Source of the DNA: an uncultured Chloroflexia bacterium
GTDB lineage: Bacteria; Chloroflexota; Anaerolineae; Anaerolineales; Anaerolineaceae
Assembly (NCBI GenBank): GCA_963828285.1
Contig: CAWHEB010000002.1
Location: 376,297 to 440,296 of the forward strand
Reading direction: 5' to 3'
Length of the DNA: 64,000 nucleotides
Below the pieces are notes generated by a model. It was given only the letters and a program-made list of their open reading frames with translations. It ran no database searches and was not told where the DNA came from. The position numbers and the translations under genes are program-made. Positions 1-11,068 of the stretch are shown in pieces (position 1 is the stretch's first letter; each line of letters opens with the position of its first letter).

Positions 1-2130
1 AAGAAGCCGGTGCTTTCCTGAACCGGATGATGCACCTTGATCTCTCATCAGACAGCATCGCTGCTCTCGATGCCCGTACCGAAGGCTGGATCACCGGTCT
101 GCAGTTGGCTGCACTCTCCATGCAGGGACGATCCGACACGGCTGCCTTTATCCAGGCTTTCACTGGCAGCCATCGTTTTGTGCTCGATTACCTGGTCGAA
201 GAAGTCCTCCAGCACGAGCCAGAACCCGTCCGCAAGTTTCCTGCTGCAAACCGCCATCCTCGACCGTTTTTGTGCTCCGTTATGCAATGCGGTCACCGAA
301 CGCAGTGACAGCAAGGATATGCTGGACACGCTGGAACGCGGCAACCTGTTCCTCATTCCGCTGGATGACCAGCGCCAGTGGTACCGCTATCATCACCTCT
401 TCGCCGAGGTGCTGCAATCGCATCTTTTGGAATCCCAGCCGGATCAGATCACCGCCCTCCATTCGCGGGCAGGCAGGTGGTTTGAACACAACGGTTATCG
501 CTCCGATGCCATTCGCCACGCCCTGGCTGCCAGAGACTTCGAGTTCGCAGCAGACCTGATCGAGCTGGCCTGGTCAAATATGGATATCAGTTACCAATCC
601 CCTACCTGGCTCGGTTGGGTCAAGAGGCTCCCCGAAGCGTTGCTTCGCAACCGGCCGGTGCTCAGTGTGGGGTATGCCTGGGCTTTGTTGGATACCGGTG
701 AGATGGAAACCTGCGAATCTCTTTTGCTGGATGCCGAACGGATTCTGGACGCGCCACCAGAAAAGATGATCGTGGTGGACCAGGAACAATTCCGATCGTT
801 GCCGGCATCGATCGCGACTGCCCGAGCCTATCGTTCCCTCGCATTTGGGGATGTCCCCGCTACGATGAAGTATGCCCGACAGGCACTTGAATGCCTCCCT
901 GCAGATGACCCCATCAGGTATGTCCAGGCTACCTCATTGTTGGGACTAGCCCAGTACACCAGCGGAGATCTGCAGGCAGCAGAACAATCCCTATCGGAAT
1001 TTCATATATACCTGCAGAAAACCGGAGACATCAACACTCTGATCGGGATCACCTTTCTTCTGGCTGATATCCGCGTCACCCTTGGACGCCTGCGGGATGC
1101 TGAAAGTATCTATCAGCAAACCTTGCACCTCGCCAACGAAACAGGAGGACACTTGCCTCTTGGAACGGCTGATTTATACCGCGGTCTCGCTGAGTTGGCC
1201 GTTGAGCATGGCGATCTGAATACCGCTGAGCAATATTTGTCCACCTGCCAGAAACTGAGCGAGCTGTCCGCGATGACGGATTGGCCGTACCGCTTGTGCA
1301 TTTCACAGGCTCGGTTGAAAGTGGCGCAGGGAGACCTGGATGGCGCGCTCGCTCTCTTGGCTGAGGCTGAACGCGTACATATTCGAGGACCCTTGCCCGA
1401 TGTGCGTCCCATTGCTGCCTCGAAATCGCTGATCTGGCTCAAACAAGGTAGGCTGGATCAATCCCTTGGATGGGCTAGCGCTCAGGGTTTATCGGTTGAC
1501 AACGAGCTTGACTTTTTACACGAGTTTGAGCTTATCATTCTGGCTCGGGTTCTCATCGCCGCTGGCAAAAAAGATCGGATTATTGATTCCTTTGAGAAGG
1601 CTGCCGTGCTGTTGGATCGTCTGCTGAAAGCCGCAGAATCTGGCGGTCGGATGGGCAGTGTACTTCACATTCTGCTGCTGCAAGCCCTCGCATTCCAGGC
1701 GCAGGTCGACCTTCCCCATGCCCTCGAAAAATTGGAACGTGCTATGACCCTGGCTGAACCGCAAGGCTACGTCCGCACCTTTGTGGATGAAGGTGAATCA
1801 ATGCGATTGTTGATTGAAAAACTATCGCGTAATCGGACCCATCCACTATTTAGTTATGCGGATAGACTGCTGTCTGCCTTCGCACAACCGCAGATCCCAC
1901 TGGATTCAACCCTCCCCCACCAAGGATCAAACCTGATCGAGTCATTGAGTGAACGTGAACTTCAGGTGCTCAGACTACTCCGCAGCGAGTTAAGCGGCCC
2001 GGACATTGCCGCAGAATTGATCGTTTCGCTCAACACATTGCGGTCCCACACCAAAAGTATTTTCCACAAATTGGGAGTTAACAACCGCCGGGCAGCCGTC
2101 CGCCGTGCCGAAGAGCTCAAATTGCTCTAG
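1..2130 (+). pseudogene. LAL/MalT-family LuxR-type transcriptional regulator, copy 1 (5' end outside window; +1 frameshift near 231-240)
   Basis: Two overlapping frames (27..308 and 37..2130) together match the middle and C-terminus of the intact paralog 11287..14022 (MMHLDLS..EGWITGLQLAALSM..HRFVLDYLVEEVLQHEP then LLQTAILD..). Copy 1 reads cgcaAgtttc where copy 2 reads cgcagtttc, so there is one extra A. C-terminal LuxR HTH (LSERELQVLRLL..LGVNNRRAAVRRAEEL). Confidence 0.8.
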
Positions 2131-2153
2131 CCAAATAAGAATCTCCATTTTGT

Positions 2154-2194
2154 ACTCCGGTAGATGGATCAAACCATCTTCCGGAGATTTTTAT
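2154..2194 (+). terminator. Rho-independent terminator after LAL regulator copy 1
   Basis: Hairpin CTCCGGTAGATGG-atcaaa-CCATCTTCCGGAG followed by ATTTTTATT. Confidence 0.6.
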
Positions 2195-2206
2195 TCCCTC
2201 CAGAAA

Positions 2207-2240
2207 TCACCACATCAATCACATCATGTGGTGATGACGT
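2207..2240. promoter_or_regulatory. Conserved palindromic motif (putative operator) upstream of small-protein gene, copy 1
   Basis: ATCACCACATCAATCACATCATGTGGTGATGACG. Shares the TCACAT..ATGTGA-GATGACG core with 14110..14150 in the paralogous cassette. Confidence 0.45.
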
Positions 2241-2291
2241 CTCCCCACCTGCGGAGATATCCTTAGCCTAGATCAACCACGACTGAAAGAT

Positions 2292-2555
2292 ATGAGACAC
2301 GAAATGATTGACAAATCGAATTTGAATGGACAATATTGCGAAATCCGATTAAAGGGACATCTGGATTCCCGTTGGGTGGAGTGGTTTGATGGATTGTCAA
2401 TCACACTGGAAGAGAATGGCACCACGCTTCTGAGAGGTCAATTAACCGACCAGGCTTCCCTGCATGGTGTGCTCAAAAAAGTCCGTGATATTGGCCTGCC
2501 TTTACTCTCTGTTAATATCTCCGATCCGGACGCAAAGGAGGGTAACAAACCATAG
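2292..2555 (+). CDS. Conserved small (~85 aa) hypothetical protein downstream of LAL regulator
   Basis: ORF with a paralog at 14221..14499 (EIRLKGHLD.RW...F......TLE.NG.TLL..Q..DQ..LHG.LK.VRD.G.PLLSVN). The paralog and the conserved upstream motif argue it is a real gene. Confidence 0.55.
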   Translation: MRHEMIDKSNLNGQYCEIRLKGHLDSRWVEWFDGLSITLEENGTTLLRGQLTDQASLHGVLKKVRDIGLPLLSVNISDPDAKEGNKP

Positions 2556-2627
2556 TTCGTCGTATTGATTGACCTTCCTGAAAGGTTTATTGAACAAAAT
2601 AATTGTATTCACAATAAGGAGTAATAA

Positions 2628-3323
2628 ATGAAAGACTTACAGAAATTCGGTGGAATTGCCGCCTTTTACATGGCTTTGGCGCACTTGATGGGATTGATCA
2701 TCTTCATTGCCATTTTGGATTACATCAGCATTACCGATTTAGCTCAAAAGGTCGCCGTGAATGTCGCCAACCAAAACATTGTTTTTTCGACCAATCTGAT
2801 CATGTATGTTTTCTTTGGCTTTTTCCTGATCGTATTTTCACTCGCTCTGTATGACAGATTGAAAGCTGACGCACCCGCCCTGATTCAAGTGGCAACTGCG
2901 ATTGGGATCATCTGGGCTGGCTCATTGATCGCCAGCGGAATGGTCGCGAATGCTGCGCTCAGCTCAGTCGTGTCACTTTATGCTACTGACTCAACCCAGG
3001 CTATGCTAACCTGGCAGGGAATTGAACCCGTGATAGACGGACTGGGCAACGCAAATGGTGAAATACTTGGTGGTCTTATGACGTTATTGATCAGCTTGGC
3101 AGCTTTGCGGGCAAGTGAATTTTCCAAAGGTTTGATTATCCTCGGGTTTGTGGTTGGCGCAGTAGGAATCATCTCTCTTGTCCCGGCATTGACCGGTATG
3201 CTGGGTCCGGTGTTTGGCCTGGCCCAAATCATCTGGTTCATCTGGATGGGAATTAGTCTGCTTCGTAATGATCCAGGCAAGTCAGTGGAAAAAATTGATA
3301 AATCCGCATTGCCAGCAAAATAA
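2628..3323 (+). CDS. DUF4386-like polytopic membrane protein
   Basis: 231-aa hydrophobic ORF with RBS aaggag. Similar architecture to the neighbouring DUF4386 protein. Confidence 0.55.
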   Translation: MKDLQKFGGIAAFYMALAHLMGLIIFIAILDYISITDLAQKVAVNVANQNIVFSTNLIMYVFFGFFLIVFSLALYDRLKADAPALIQVATAIGIIWAGSLIASGMVANAALSSVVSLYATDSTQAMLTWQGIEPVIDGLGNANGEILGGLMTLLISLAALRASEFSKGLIILGFVVGAVGIISLVPALTGMLGPVFGLAQIIWFIWMGISLLRNDPGKSVEKIDKSALPAK

Positions 3324-3377
3324 ATAGTTATTGAATGAACTGCACTTCAAAAGTTAGATGCAAACTGACAATTTGGA

Positions 3378-4103
3378 GTGCAGTTCAAAGAAAGAAGAAA
3401 AATGAGAGCACTTAAAAGTACCGCAAGACTTGCAGGGATCCTGTATATCATTATGGATGTATTCATGATATTCGGCGGAATGTATGTTGATGCAAGAATT
3501 TTTGTACCCGGCGATACCGTGGCCACAGTTAGTAATATTCTGGAATCTGAGTGGCTATTCCGTCTCGGCTTCGTGAGCTTTCTAGTCGGGCTAATTCTTC
3601 AATTGTATTTGGTCCATGTTTTATACGAGTTGTTTAAGTCAGTAGAAAAGGACCAAGCCAGGATGATGGTCATACTCATTGTTGCCGGTGTCTCAGTAGC
3701 TTTTATGAATATGCTAATTCAGTATGCTCCCCTTCTAATCTTAAGCAATGCCGGACATCTCTCAGCTTTCAATCCGGCCCAGTTACGATCGCTGGCGATG
3801 GTATTCCTCGATTTGTACAACGATGGGGTTCAGATTGCTGAGGTTTTCTGGGGCTTATGGCTAATTCCTCTCGGGTTGCTTGTTTACAAATCTGAATTCG
3901 TTCCAAAAATACTGGGGGTTCTGCTTTTCATTGGCTGTTTGGGGCATCTGCTCAGCTTCCTATCGACTTTCCTTTTCCCAGGGTACAGCACAATCCTCAT
4001 GCCAATTGGGGAAACCGCCATGTTTTGCGAGATGCCAATTTTCCTTTGGCTATTGATCAAAGGTATTAAAGATCAACAACGATCCACATCTCTGGCAGTT
4101 TGA
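3378..4103 (+). CDS. DUF4386 family membrane protein
   Basis: N-terminal K.TARLAGILYIIM.. and FWGLWLIPLGLLVYKS motifs typical of DUF4386. Start may be the internal Met at 3402. Confidence 0.6.
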   Translation: MQFKERRKMRALKSTARLAGILYIIMDVFMIFGGMYVDARIFVPGDTVATVSNILESEWLFRLGFVSFLVGLILQLYLVHVLYELFKSVEKDQARMMVILIVAGVSVAFMNMLIQYAPLLILSNAGHLSAFNPAQLRSLAMVFLDLYNDGVQIAEVFWGLWLIPLGLLVYKSEFVPKILGVLLFIGCLGHLLSFLSTFLFPGYSTILMPIGETAMFCEMPIFLWLLIKGIKDQQRSTSLAV

Positions 4104-4150
4104 TGGTCGGGTAAGATGTGATTGCAATTAACAAATATAAGGATAAAAAA

Positions 4151-5104
4151 ATGAAAGCAATTGTTTACACAAAATTCGGACCAGCGGAAGTTCTTCATCT
4201 CAAAGAAGTAACGAAACCTACACCCAAAGTGAATGAGGTGCTGATAAGAATTCATGCAACAGCAGTTACCAAGGAAGACCCGGATATGAGGGCTTCCCCG
4301 GGGATCAACGGTATTTTCAAACCCCGAAACCCGGTTCTGGGGCAGGAGCTGGCTGGGGAAATCGAAGCAATAGGTAAAAATGTGACCCGCTTTAAGCCAG
4401 GTGACAAGGTATTTGGAATGGAATCGTTTGGCGCTTATGCTGAATACAAATGTATGTCAGAAAACGGAGCAATAACCATCAAGCCGGTCAGGATAAGCTT
4501 TGAAGAAGCAGCCAGTATTCCAAACGGGGCATTAACGGCTTTGCCCTTTCTGCGGGATAAAGGGAAGATCCGGGGTGGACAATCCGTCCTGATCTATGGC
4601 GCATCCGGATCGGTAGGCACTGCTGCGGTACAGTTGGCCAAATACTATGGAGCTGAGGTGACCGGGGTGTGCAGTACCAATAATTTGGAATGGGTTAAAT
4701 CTCTGGGTGCAGATCAGGTGATTGATTACACCCGGGAGGACTTTACAAAAAATGGCAGGAACTATGATGTTGTTTTTGACACTGTGGGCAAGACTTCGTT
4801 TTCTACTTGCAAAGATTCACTGACGGATGATGGTACTTACCTTTCCACCGTCCCAACACCGGAAATATTGTTCCAGGCGATAAAGACTGCAAAAAGTGGT
4901 GGCAAAAAGGTAAGGTTTGCGGCTGCAGGTCTGAGATCGGCAGGTGAAAAGACCAAGGATCTTGGTTTTCTTTCAGGGTTGATCGAGGCGGACAAATTCA
5001 AACCGGTGATCGATAGGTGTTATCCCATGGAACAGATCGCCGAGGCTCACCGTTACGTCGAACAAGGCCACAAAAAGGGAAATGTCATCATCGCCATCGT
5101 CTGA
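4151..5104 (+). CDS. Zinc-binding alcohol dehydrogenase / NADPH:quinone oxidoreductase (MDR superfamily)
   Basis: MKAIVY..GPAEVL N-terminus, [27 protein letters not shown]ossmann motif, RBS aagga. Paralog at 16948..17877. Confidence 0.85.
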   Translation: MKAIVYTKFGPAEVLHLKEVTKPTPKVNEVLIRIHATAVTKEDPDMRASPGINGIFKPRNPVLGQELAGEIEAIGKNVTRFKPGDKVFGMESFGAYAEYKCMSENGAITIKPVRISFEEAASIPNGALTALPFLRDKGKIRGGQSVLIYGASGSVGTAAVQLAKYYGAEVTGVCSTNNLEWVKSLGADQVIDYTREDFTKNGRNYDVVFDTVGKTSFSTCKDSLTDDGTYLSTVPTPEILFQAIKTAKSGGKKVRFAAAGLRSAGEKTKDLGFLSGLIEADKFKPVIDRCYPMEQIAEAHRYVEQGHKKGNVIIAIV

Positions 5105-5226
5105 AATACCTTAAAGACCAGGAATCGCAGGAATTCTAAAAAAAGCCGCGAATCATTTCCCTTGACAACTTATGCTTGTTGTTTGATAATATGGGTGACT
5201 GCCCACCCATATAAATAAAGGTAACC

Positions 5227-5832
5227 ATGGCTAGATACAAAAATGAAGAGCGTGATCGAATATTCAAGGATACCCGCCAGGCGTTGTTGTCTGCGGCTGC
5301 GGAAGAGTTCGCACTCCGTGGCTATGTTGGAGCCAACATCAATCACATCTCCCTCGCGGCTGGGTTGGCTAAGGGCACCATCTACAATTACTTTGAGAGT
5401 AAACGGGCTTTGATGCTGGCGTTGATCGATGAGATTGCATCAACCCATTCAGCATCGATCACTGAGCAGATTTCTCACGAGAGCGACATCGTTCGTAGGC
5501 TGGAGCGTTTCTTTGAGGCTGGTTTCGATTGGGTAACCACCCACCTCGCCCAGACCAGGGTGATCTTTATCACTTTGAATGGTCCTGAAATGGAATTCAA
5601 ACAATATATGTATCAACGCTACCAACCCATGCTCCAAATGGTTGGAAAAGACATCCTCGCTGCCGGTATGGCGCAGGGGATTTTCCGTCAGATGGATGCC
5701 GCAACGACCGCGGGACTGATCATGACCATCTATCTGGGCAGTATCTCCTACCTTGATGAACAGGGACGTTTATGGATGTCCTCCAGCCAGGTTGCTGATT
5801 TTGTTTTAAATGGGCTCCGGACAAGCAAGTAA
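5227..5832 (+). CDS. TetR/AcrR family transcriptional regulator
   Basis: N-terminal HTH R..LLSAAAEEFALRGY.GANINHISLAAGLAKGTIYNYFESK. Confidence 0.85.
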   Translation: MARYKNEERDRIFKDTRQALLSAAAEEFALRGYVGANINHISLAAGLAKGTIYNYFESKRALMLALIDEIASTHSASITEQISHESDIVRRLERFFEAGFDWVTTHLAQTRVIFITLNGPEMEFKQYMYQRYQPMLQMVGKDILAAGMAQGIFRQMDAATTAGLIMTIYLGSISYLDEQGRLWMSSSQVADFVLNGLRTSK

Positions 5833-5878
5833 CGGACAATATAATTTCTGATGGGGGGGAAAAAGCGGGATTCAAAGA

Positions 5879-6076
5879 ATGAAAATAAAAGGACTTGTTG
5901 TTGAATTTGTAACCGTGTTCGTTATAGCCCTGGTGACCACAGCTATTGTGACTTTTCTTTGGAATGTTATCGGGCATGGAGAAAGTAGCGTCGACTGGGA
6001 AACATCATTCCGCTCTGCTATCCTGTTCGGCGTTATCTTGACTTGGGTAAAGTTTAGGAAAATAAAAGAAAGCTGA
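5879..6076 (+). CDS. Small two-TM hypothetical membrane protein
   Basis: 65-aa hydrophobic ORF in an intergenic gap. No homology recognised. Confidence 0.3.
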   Translation: MKIKGLVVEFVTVFVIALVTTAIVTFLWNVIGHGESSVDWETSFRSAILFGVILTWVKFRKIKES

Positions 6077-6108
6077 TCGATGATAAGAAACATCAGAAAG
6101 AGGGGAAA

Positions 6109-7239
6109 TTGAAAAAAAACTTAATCTTCACAATTTTATTAATGGCTATGACAGCCTGTACGGCTCTCCAAACTCAGGCGATTGGGGATCCTTCCACACC
6201 GGATGTATCTCAGGCAAGTACATTAAATCCTGCCTCCTTGCGGTGCACGAAGGAAGGGAACAAACTCGAGATTCAAACAGCAGCCGATGGCAGCCAAACC
6301 GGTATTTGCGTTTTCCCGGACGGCAGCACCTGTGAAGAGTGGTCATACTACCGTGGTGAATGTAACCCCGATGAAAAAGCGATCATCACACCTGTCACGA
6401 CAGTCGAAGCAGACATGGATGCGAGCGAAAATGCAACTGCAGGAAACGATCCGGTCAGTACCTTGACCCCCGAGGTGACAGAAACAGTTTCCGATTTGTC
6501 CGACCAAAAAGTGGAGGGGGTTCTAGTGACGTATATCGGCAATTCGGGATTTATGATCTCCACAAGTCACAAAAAGATTCTCATTGATGCGATTTACTAT
6601 GGAATTAATCCTGTCTACAAATTGCCAAAGGATATTCTAAGCAAACTTGAGCTCGCGCAACCACCATTCGATCATATCGATTTAATTCTGGTTTCCCACA
6701 CCCACCGGGATCATTTTTCCAGTGGTCCTGTCAAGGAACATTTAGTGAATGATCCAAACGCCGCCTTTGCTTCACAGGAAATGATTACCTCACAATTTTC
6801 AGTACTGCCAAACAAGATCGTATACTTGGATCCGACTCCAGAAGAACCTGTACTAGTTGAGATTAATGGAATTCAAGTGGAAGCGCTATCCCTTTCGCAT
6901 GGGGCAGGACAACCGGCCAACATCGGATTTGTGATCACAGTTGATAACACGAAGATATTTTTTTCCGGAGATGTCGACTTCAGTCAGGTTGATTACAAAC
7001 AATTCCGGGCTTATCAGCTTCCAGAGCAAAAAATCGATATTGCATTCATATCACATTTTTACTTCACCAATATTGCTTCCGAACAACAATTCATAAAAGA
7101 CGGGATTGGAGCAAAATATTTAATTCCCACACACTACTTTTTCACTGATCCACCGTTCAATCGAACTTCAATACTAAAAAACTATCCTGACGCGATTTTT
7201 TTCGATGGTGAACTTTCAAGCTGGGTAATGCCAGAGTAG
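6109..7239 (+). CDS. Lipoprotein: DUF333 (putative hemolysin-like) domain fused to a metallo-beta-lactamase-fold hydrolase
   Basis: TTG start with RBS. Lipobox LMAMTAC. DUF333-type motif NPASLRCTKEGNKLEI..DGSQTGICVFPDGSTCEEWSYYRGEC. MBL motif ILVSHTHRDH. Confidence 0.7.
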   Translation: MKKNLIFTILLMAMTACTALQTQAIGDPSTPDVSQASTLNPASLRCTKEGNKLEIQTAADGSQTGICVFPDGSTCEEWSYYRGECNPDEKAIITPVTTVEADMDASENATAGNDPVSTLTPEVTETVSDLSDQKVEGVLVTYIGNSGFMISTSHKKILIDAIYYGINPVYKLPKDILSKLELAQPPFDHIDLILVSHTHRDHFSSGPVKEHLVNDPNAAFASQEMITSQFSVLPNKIVYLDPTPEEPVLVEINGIQVEALSLSHGAGQPANIGFVITVDNTKIFFSGDVDFSQVDYKQFRAYQLPEQKIDIAFISHFYFTNIASEQQFIKDGIGAKYLIPTHYFFTDPPFNRTSILKNYPDAIFFDGELSSWVMPE

Positions 7240-7321
7240 TTTGATTTGTTGTGTTAATGTGTTCATGCTCAATAGCGCCCAGGCTGCTGCATGATTAAAA
7301 CGAATTTATTATGGAGAGAAA

Positions 7322-8677
7322 ATGAAAATAGGAATTGAGATATTAATTGCCGCTGTTTTTAGTACTGCTACTCTGGTAGGCTGCGCTCCCGTAGCCAGGC
7401 ACCAGAATCTACATCGACTGATGTCCCGCAATCGAATATGCCAAATCCCGCTTCAGTAAATTGTACCGAGAAAGGTAACAAACTCGAGATCATCACTGCC
7501 GATGATGGCAGCCAAACCGGTATTTGCGTTTTTCCGGATGGCAGCAGATGTGATGAGTGGGCATATTATCGGGGAGAGTGCAGTCCAACAGTACAACCAA
7601 GCCCGACTCCTGCCACCTATAGTGCCATTTACCTTTGTTGACAGCGGACAGGATCTTGGCCAGGGGGATGGCGCTTCAGTCGTCGTTGGCGATGTGGATG
7701 GTGATGGGGATATGGATGCCCTAATCAGCAACACCGACAAAAACAGTACCCTGCTGTTGAATGATGGTAAGGGTAAATTCACACCGGGCACTACAGAATT
7801 CAAACCGAGCACTGGTGCAGCATTCGGGGATCTCAACGGAGATAAATTTCTCGACATCTTCTTAACCGAAGTGACAACCAACGAGGTCTGGTTAAATGAT
7901 GGTAAAGCTGCATTTAGTGTAGTCGATCAAAGTCTTGTCAGCTCTGAAACCACCTCAGTAGCTTTGGGTGATCTGGATAATGACGGCGACCTGGATGCAT
8001 TTGTCACCAATTGGAATGGTAAACCCGATCAGGTTTTCTTGAACGATGGGAGTGGTAAGTTCAGCGATAGCGGCCAAAAACTGGGTTACTGGTTTGGGAC
8101 AGCCGTATCCCTGGGAGATGTCGACCAGGATGGCGACCTCGATGCATTGGTCGCCAATAACGGAGAAAAATCTGACAACGCTCCTGTATTATGGTTGAAC
8201 GATGGAAAAGGCGTGTTCACAGACAGCACCCAGAGACTAGGATTCACTAATGCATATGCCGCGGTTCTGGGGGATCTGGATGGAGATGGCGATCTGGATG
8301 CATTCATCGCAAATTCTAGCCACATGGGCGCCAAACCGGCAGATAAAGTCTGGTTGAACGATGGCAAAGGAATATTCACCGATAGCGGACAAAAGTTGGG
8401 TTTCTTCTATAGCATGACTGCTGCAATGGGTGATCTGGATGGGGATGGCGACCCGGATGTGGTAACCGGCAGTTGGAAATCCAGTCCGGAAATTTGGTTG
8501 AATGATGGCAAAGGTAATTTTTCAGACAGTAAAATCAAGCTGGCTTCACTGAATATCTCTGCAGTGGCGATTGCGGATCTGAATGGTGACGGTGATTTGG
8601 ATATGTTCGTTTCCACTAACACGTGGCCAGGGGGTGATGGAAAACATAGACTCTGGTTGAACCAGCTAAATCCATAA
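7322..8677 (+). pseudogene. DUF333-domain + FG-GAP/VCBS-repeat lipoprotein, interrupted by two frameshifts
   Basis: Signal peptide MKIGIEILIAAVFSTATLVGC in frame 2 (7322..). DUF333 domain NPASVNCTEKGNKLEI..CVFPDGSRCDEWAYYRGEC in frame 1 (to 7641). At least six GDLDGDGDLDA FG-GAP repeats in frame 2 (to 8677). Confidence 0.6.
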
Positions 8678-9175
8678 CATCCCGTTTCCAGACTGGCTGG
8701 AAAGCCAAATGGAATTAGCAAAGATCATAAATCGGTGCCAATTGCTTGATTAGATTCTGCAAACACTTTCACCTGCGGCACACTTGCCCTGGATGCAAGT
8801 GCCAGGGAGTGCAGATGTCAGTAAAACCGACGAAAGCTGGTTCTTGCTTGATAGCCATGCAACAGTTGCTGATCGATATTAATATAGTGTCCGAAAAATT
8901 CTATCCGTTAAGGATTAAGTAAATTTAATGCCCTCGCTCTTGCTAAGTAGTCGTCATGAATTCTTAACAACATTGTGCTTTGAGTTACTAACCTATTAAT
9001 TTTTTGTAATTGGACTTACTCTGACAGATCTATATTGGATCAAATTCCAATTCTTCAATAAAGGATGCATGACTATCAAACCATAATATATCGCGCTATA
9101 ATAATTTTTAATCCCAATAATCATAAAACGATAATTTGAGTCCATTGGGGACAGTGCAGAATCGATCATCTCTTA

Positions 9176-11068
9176 TTGAGGTTGGTAGTAAATATGATGC
9201 GATTTCTGATTCTGCCATTAGTTCTAGCTATTCTGATTAGTGCATGTGAAACAGCATCACCGAGTACCCCTGTACCTACCGAAATTTCTATCTTAGTCCC
9301 CACGCTTGAAGACACAGTTATCCCTCTGCCGGAGGTGGAAGACGTTCCCATCTACCAGAATTCTTTCGAGGGCATCACCGACCTCGCCGCCAGTGGCATC
9401 ACCAGTGAATACACTGTGACCGTGAATACGGAAAACTTCAACTATCCTGGTACAGGTGCAGCCCTCGAGATCACCGGCACGCTTCCTGCCGCGCAGTATA
9501 CCGGAATCCATGTAGATCTCTCCATAAATGCGCTGACCGGCGAGGAAAGCCTCAACCTTACTAACAAAACGATCTACTATTCTTTTTTCATCCCGGAAGA
9601 TTCAGCCATAGACAACATTAGTATTTTCGCAGGGAAAGATGGGCAGTTCGTTAACATTGGCGGTATCAATATGGATGACTATTGGAAGAAGGGCATTTGG
9701 AATAACATTCGCTTTAACCTGTCGAATGAGCCGCGGGCGATAGAAGACTGCGACACCCTCCGCATCGCGGGAATGCGGAACCTTTCTTTCGGGGAGGCGG
9801 TCCTAACCAGTTTTCTTATCGATGACCTGAAGTGGATCGGCTTAGATATCAATAACATCCCCCTGGATAACGATGTCGATTCGCTGCGCAAGTATGCTGC
9901 CAGTCAGCACTTCACTTTCGGAATGCACGCTGAAGCTAGGACCATTGTGGGTGATGATAATGACCCATACTTAGGCTCACCTTACGAAGTGTTCCGTGAT
10001 CCGTGGGTTGCCTACCTTCTCGTTCAAGAGGGCAGCGTGAATACCATCGGAGGCTTTGCCTACAGAGAAAATGAAGATTATAGTGTTTTTGAGTATGACA
10101 ACCTCGAGGATTCCATGCTGGTAAGATCTTATGAGTTTGGCAAAGCCAATCACTTGACCATGATGGGGTATACCATGGGTGCTCTGTATTACACTGCGCC
10201 GCAGTGGGTACGCGATCTGCCTTACCCAGAATCCACAAAAGATTTCCTGCTTTATCACATTGAGAAAGATCTGCGTTACACCAGAGGAGAGCAGCCCATC
10301 TGGTTGTTATTCAATGAATTTATATTAACTCCCGAGTATGGGGCCAACGGACTTAAAAACCGAACTAATCGTACTTCCGGTTTGAATGGATTCGAATTTG
10401 ATGAAGCAAATTACTACTCTCCATGGGCAGGGTCGCCTGATGACACATCCTTGATAGAGGCTGCCTTTATTCGGGCACATGAGATCGATCCGACCGCCAT
10501 ACTTATGTTGAATGATTATAATGCTGAACAGATCGGCTTGTCGAAATCGGAATATTTCTATGAACTCTCCTCAGGTTTGAAGACAGACGGCATTCCTATC
10601 AACGGGGTTGCATTTCAGATGCACATCTTGCTTGATCCTGATGGCACTCTCAGTTACTATATCCCGTTTTCGTGGCCATGGGAGTTCGAACACATCCCGC
10701 TGGATGTTTACTTAGAAAATGTGGATTTGAATGTCAAACGCTATGCCGAAGTGGGTTTGAAAGTTGCTTTCACTGAGGTGGATGGCTACATTAAAATCGA
10801 CGATCTCGATCTCAAATCAGCCGAAGGCAAAGCAGAGTACGAAAACCGGCTGAAGTGGCAGGCAAAGTTCTACGCCGGGTTAATGCAAATCGCTATGGAT
10901 AATGAAAATGTCATCCTCTACCATACCTGGGGAGTAACCGACCGCTGGCCTGATTCTGTTTCAGCGATGTCCCAGGGTTATGGTGACATGCACCTGTTCG
11001 ACAAGAACTTCAATCCAAAACCCGCCTATTATGCATTGCTGGACTTGCTAAAGAACTCCAAGCCCTGA
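9176..11068 (+). CDS. Glycoside hydrolase family 10 (endo-1,4-beta-xylanase) lipoprotein with N-terminal CBM-like region
   Basis: Lipoprotein signal ..LAILISAC. GH10 motifs WLLFNEF (acid/base), LMLNDYN, INGVAFQMH, AFTEVD (nucleophile). Confidence 0.8.
   Translation: MRLVVNMMRFLILPLVLAILISACETASPSTPVPTEISILVPTLEDTVIPLPEVEDVPIYQNSFEGITDLAASGITSEYTVTVNTENFNYPGTGAALEITGTLPAAQYTGIHVDLSINALTGEESLNLTNKTIYYSFFIPEDSAIDNISIFAGKDGQFVNIGGINMDDYWKKGIWNNIRFNLSNEPRAIEDCDTLRIAGMRNLSFGEAVLTSFLIDDLKWIGLDINNIPLDNDVDSLRKYAASQHFTFGMHAEARTIVGDDNDPYLGSPYEVFRDPWVAYLLVQEGSVNTIGGFAYRENEDYSVFEYDNLEDSMLVRSYEFGKANHLTMMGYTMGALYYTAPQWVRDLPYPESTKDFLLYHIEKDLRYTRGEQPIWLLFNEFILTPEYGANGLKNRTNRTSGLNGFEFDEANYYSPWAGSPDDTSLIEAAFIRAHEIDPTAILMLNDYNAEQIGLSKSEYFYELSSGLKTDGIPINGVAFQMHILLDPDGTLSYYIPFSWPWEFEHIPLDVYLENVDLNVKRYAEVGLKVAFTEVDGYIKIDDLDLKSAEGKAEYENRLKWQAKFYAGLMQIAMDNENVILYHTWGVTDRWPDSVSAMSQGYGDMHLFDKNFNPKPAYYALLDLLKNSKP

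Noticed and set aside
8086-8721. Antisense ORFs (97 and 104 aa) rich in S/P/R inside the FG-GAP repeat gene
   Set aside because: Products of reading the GDLDGDGDLDA repeat DNA on the opposite strand. Low-complexity, no start context, fully nested in a better-supported gene.
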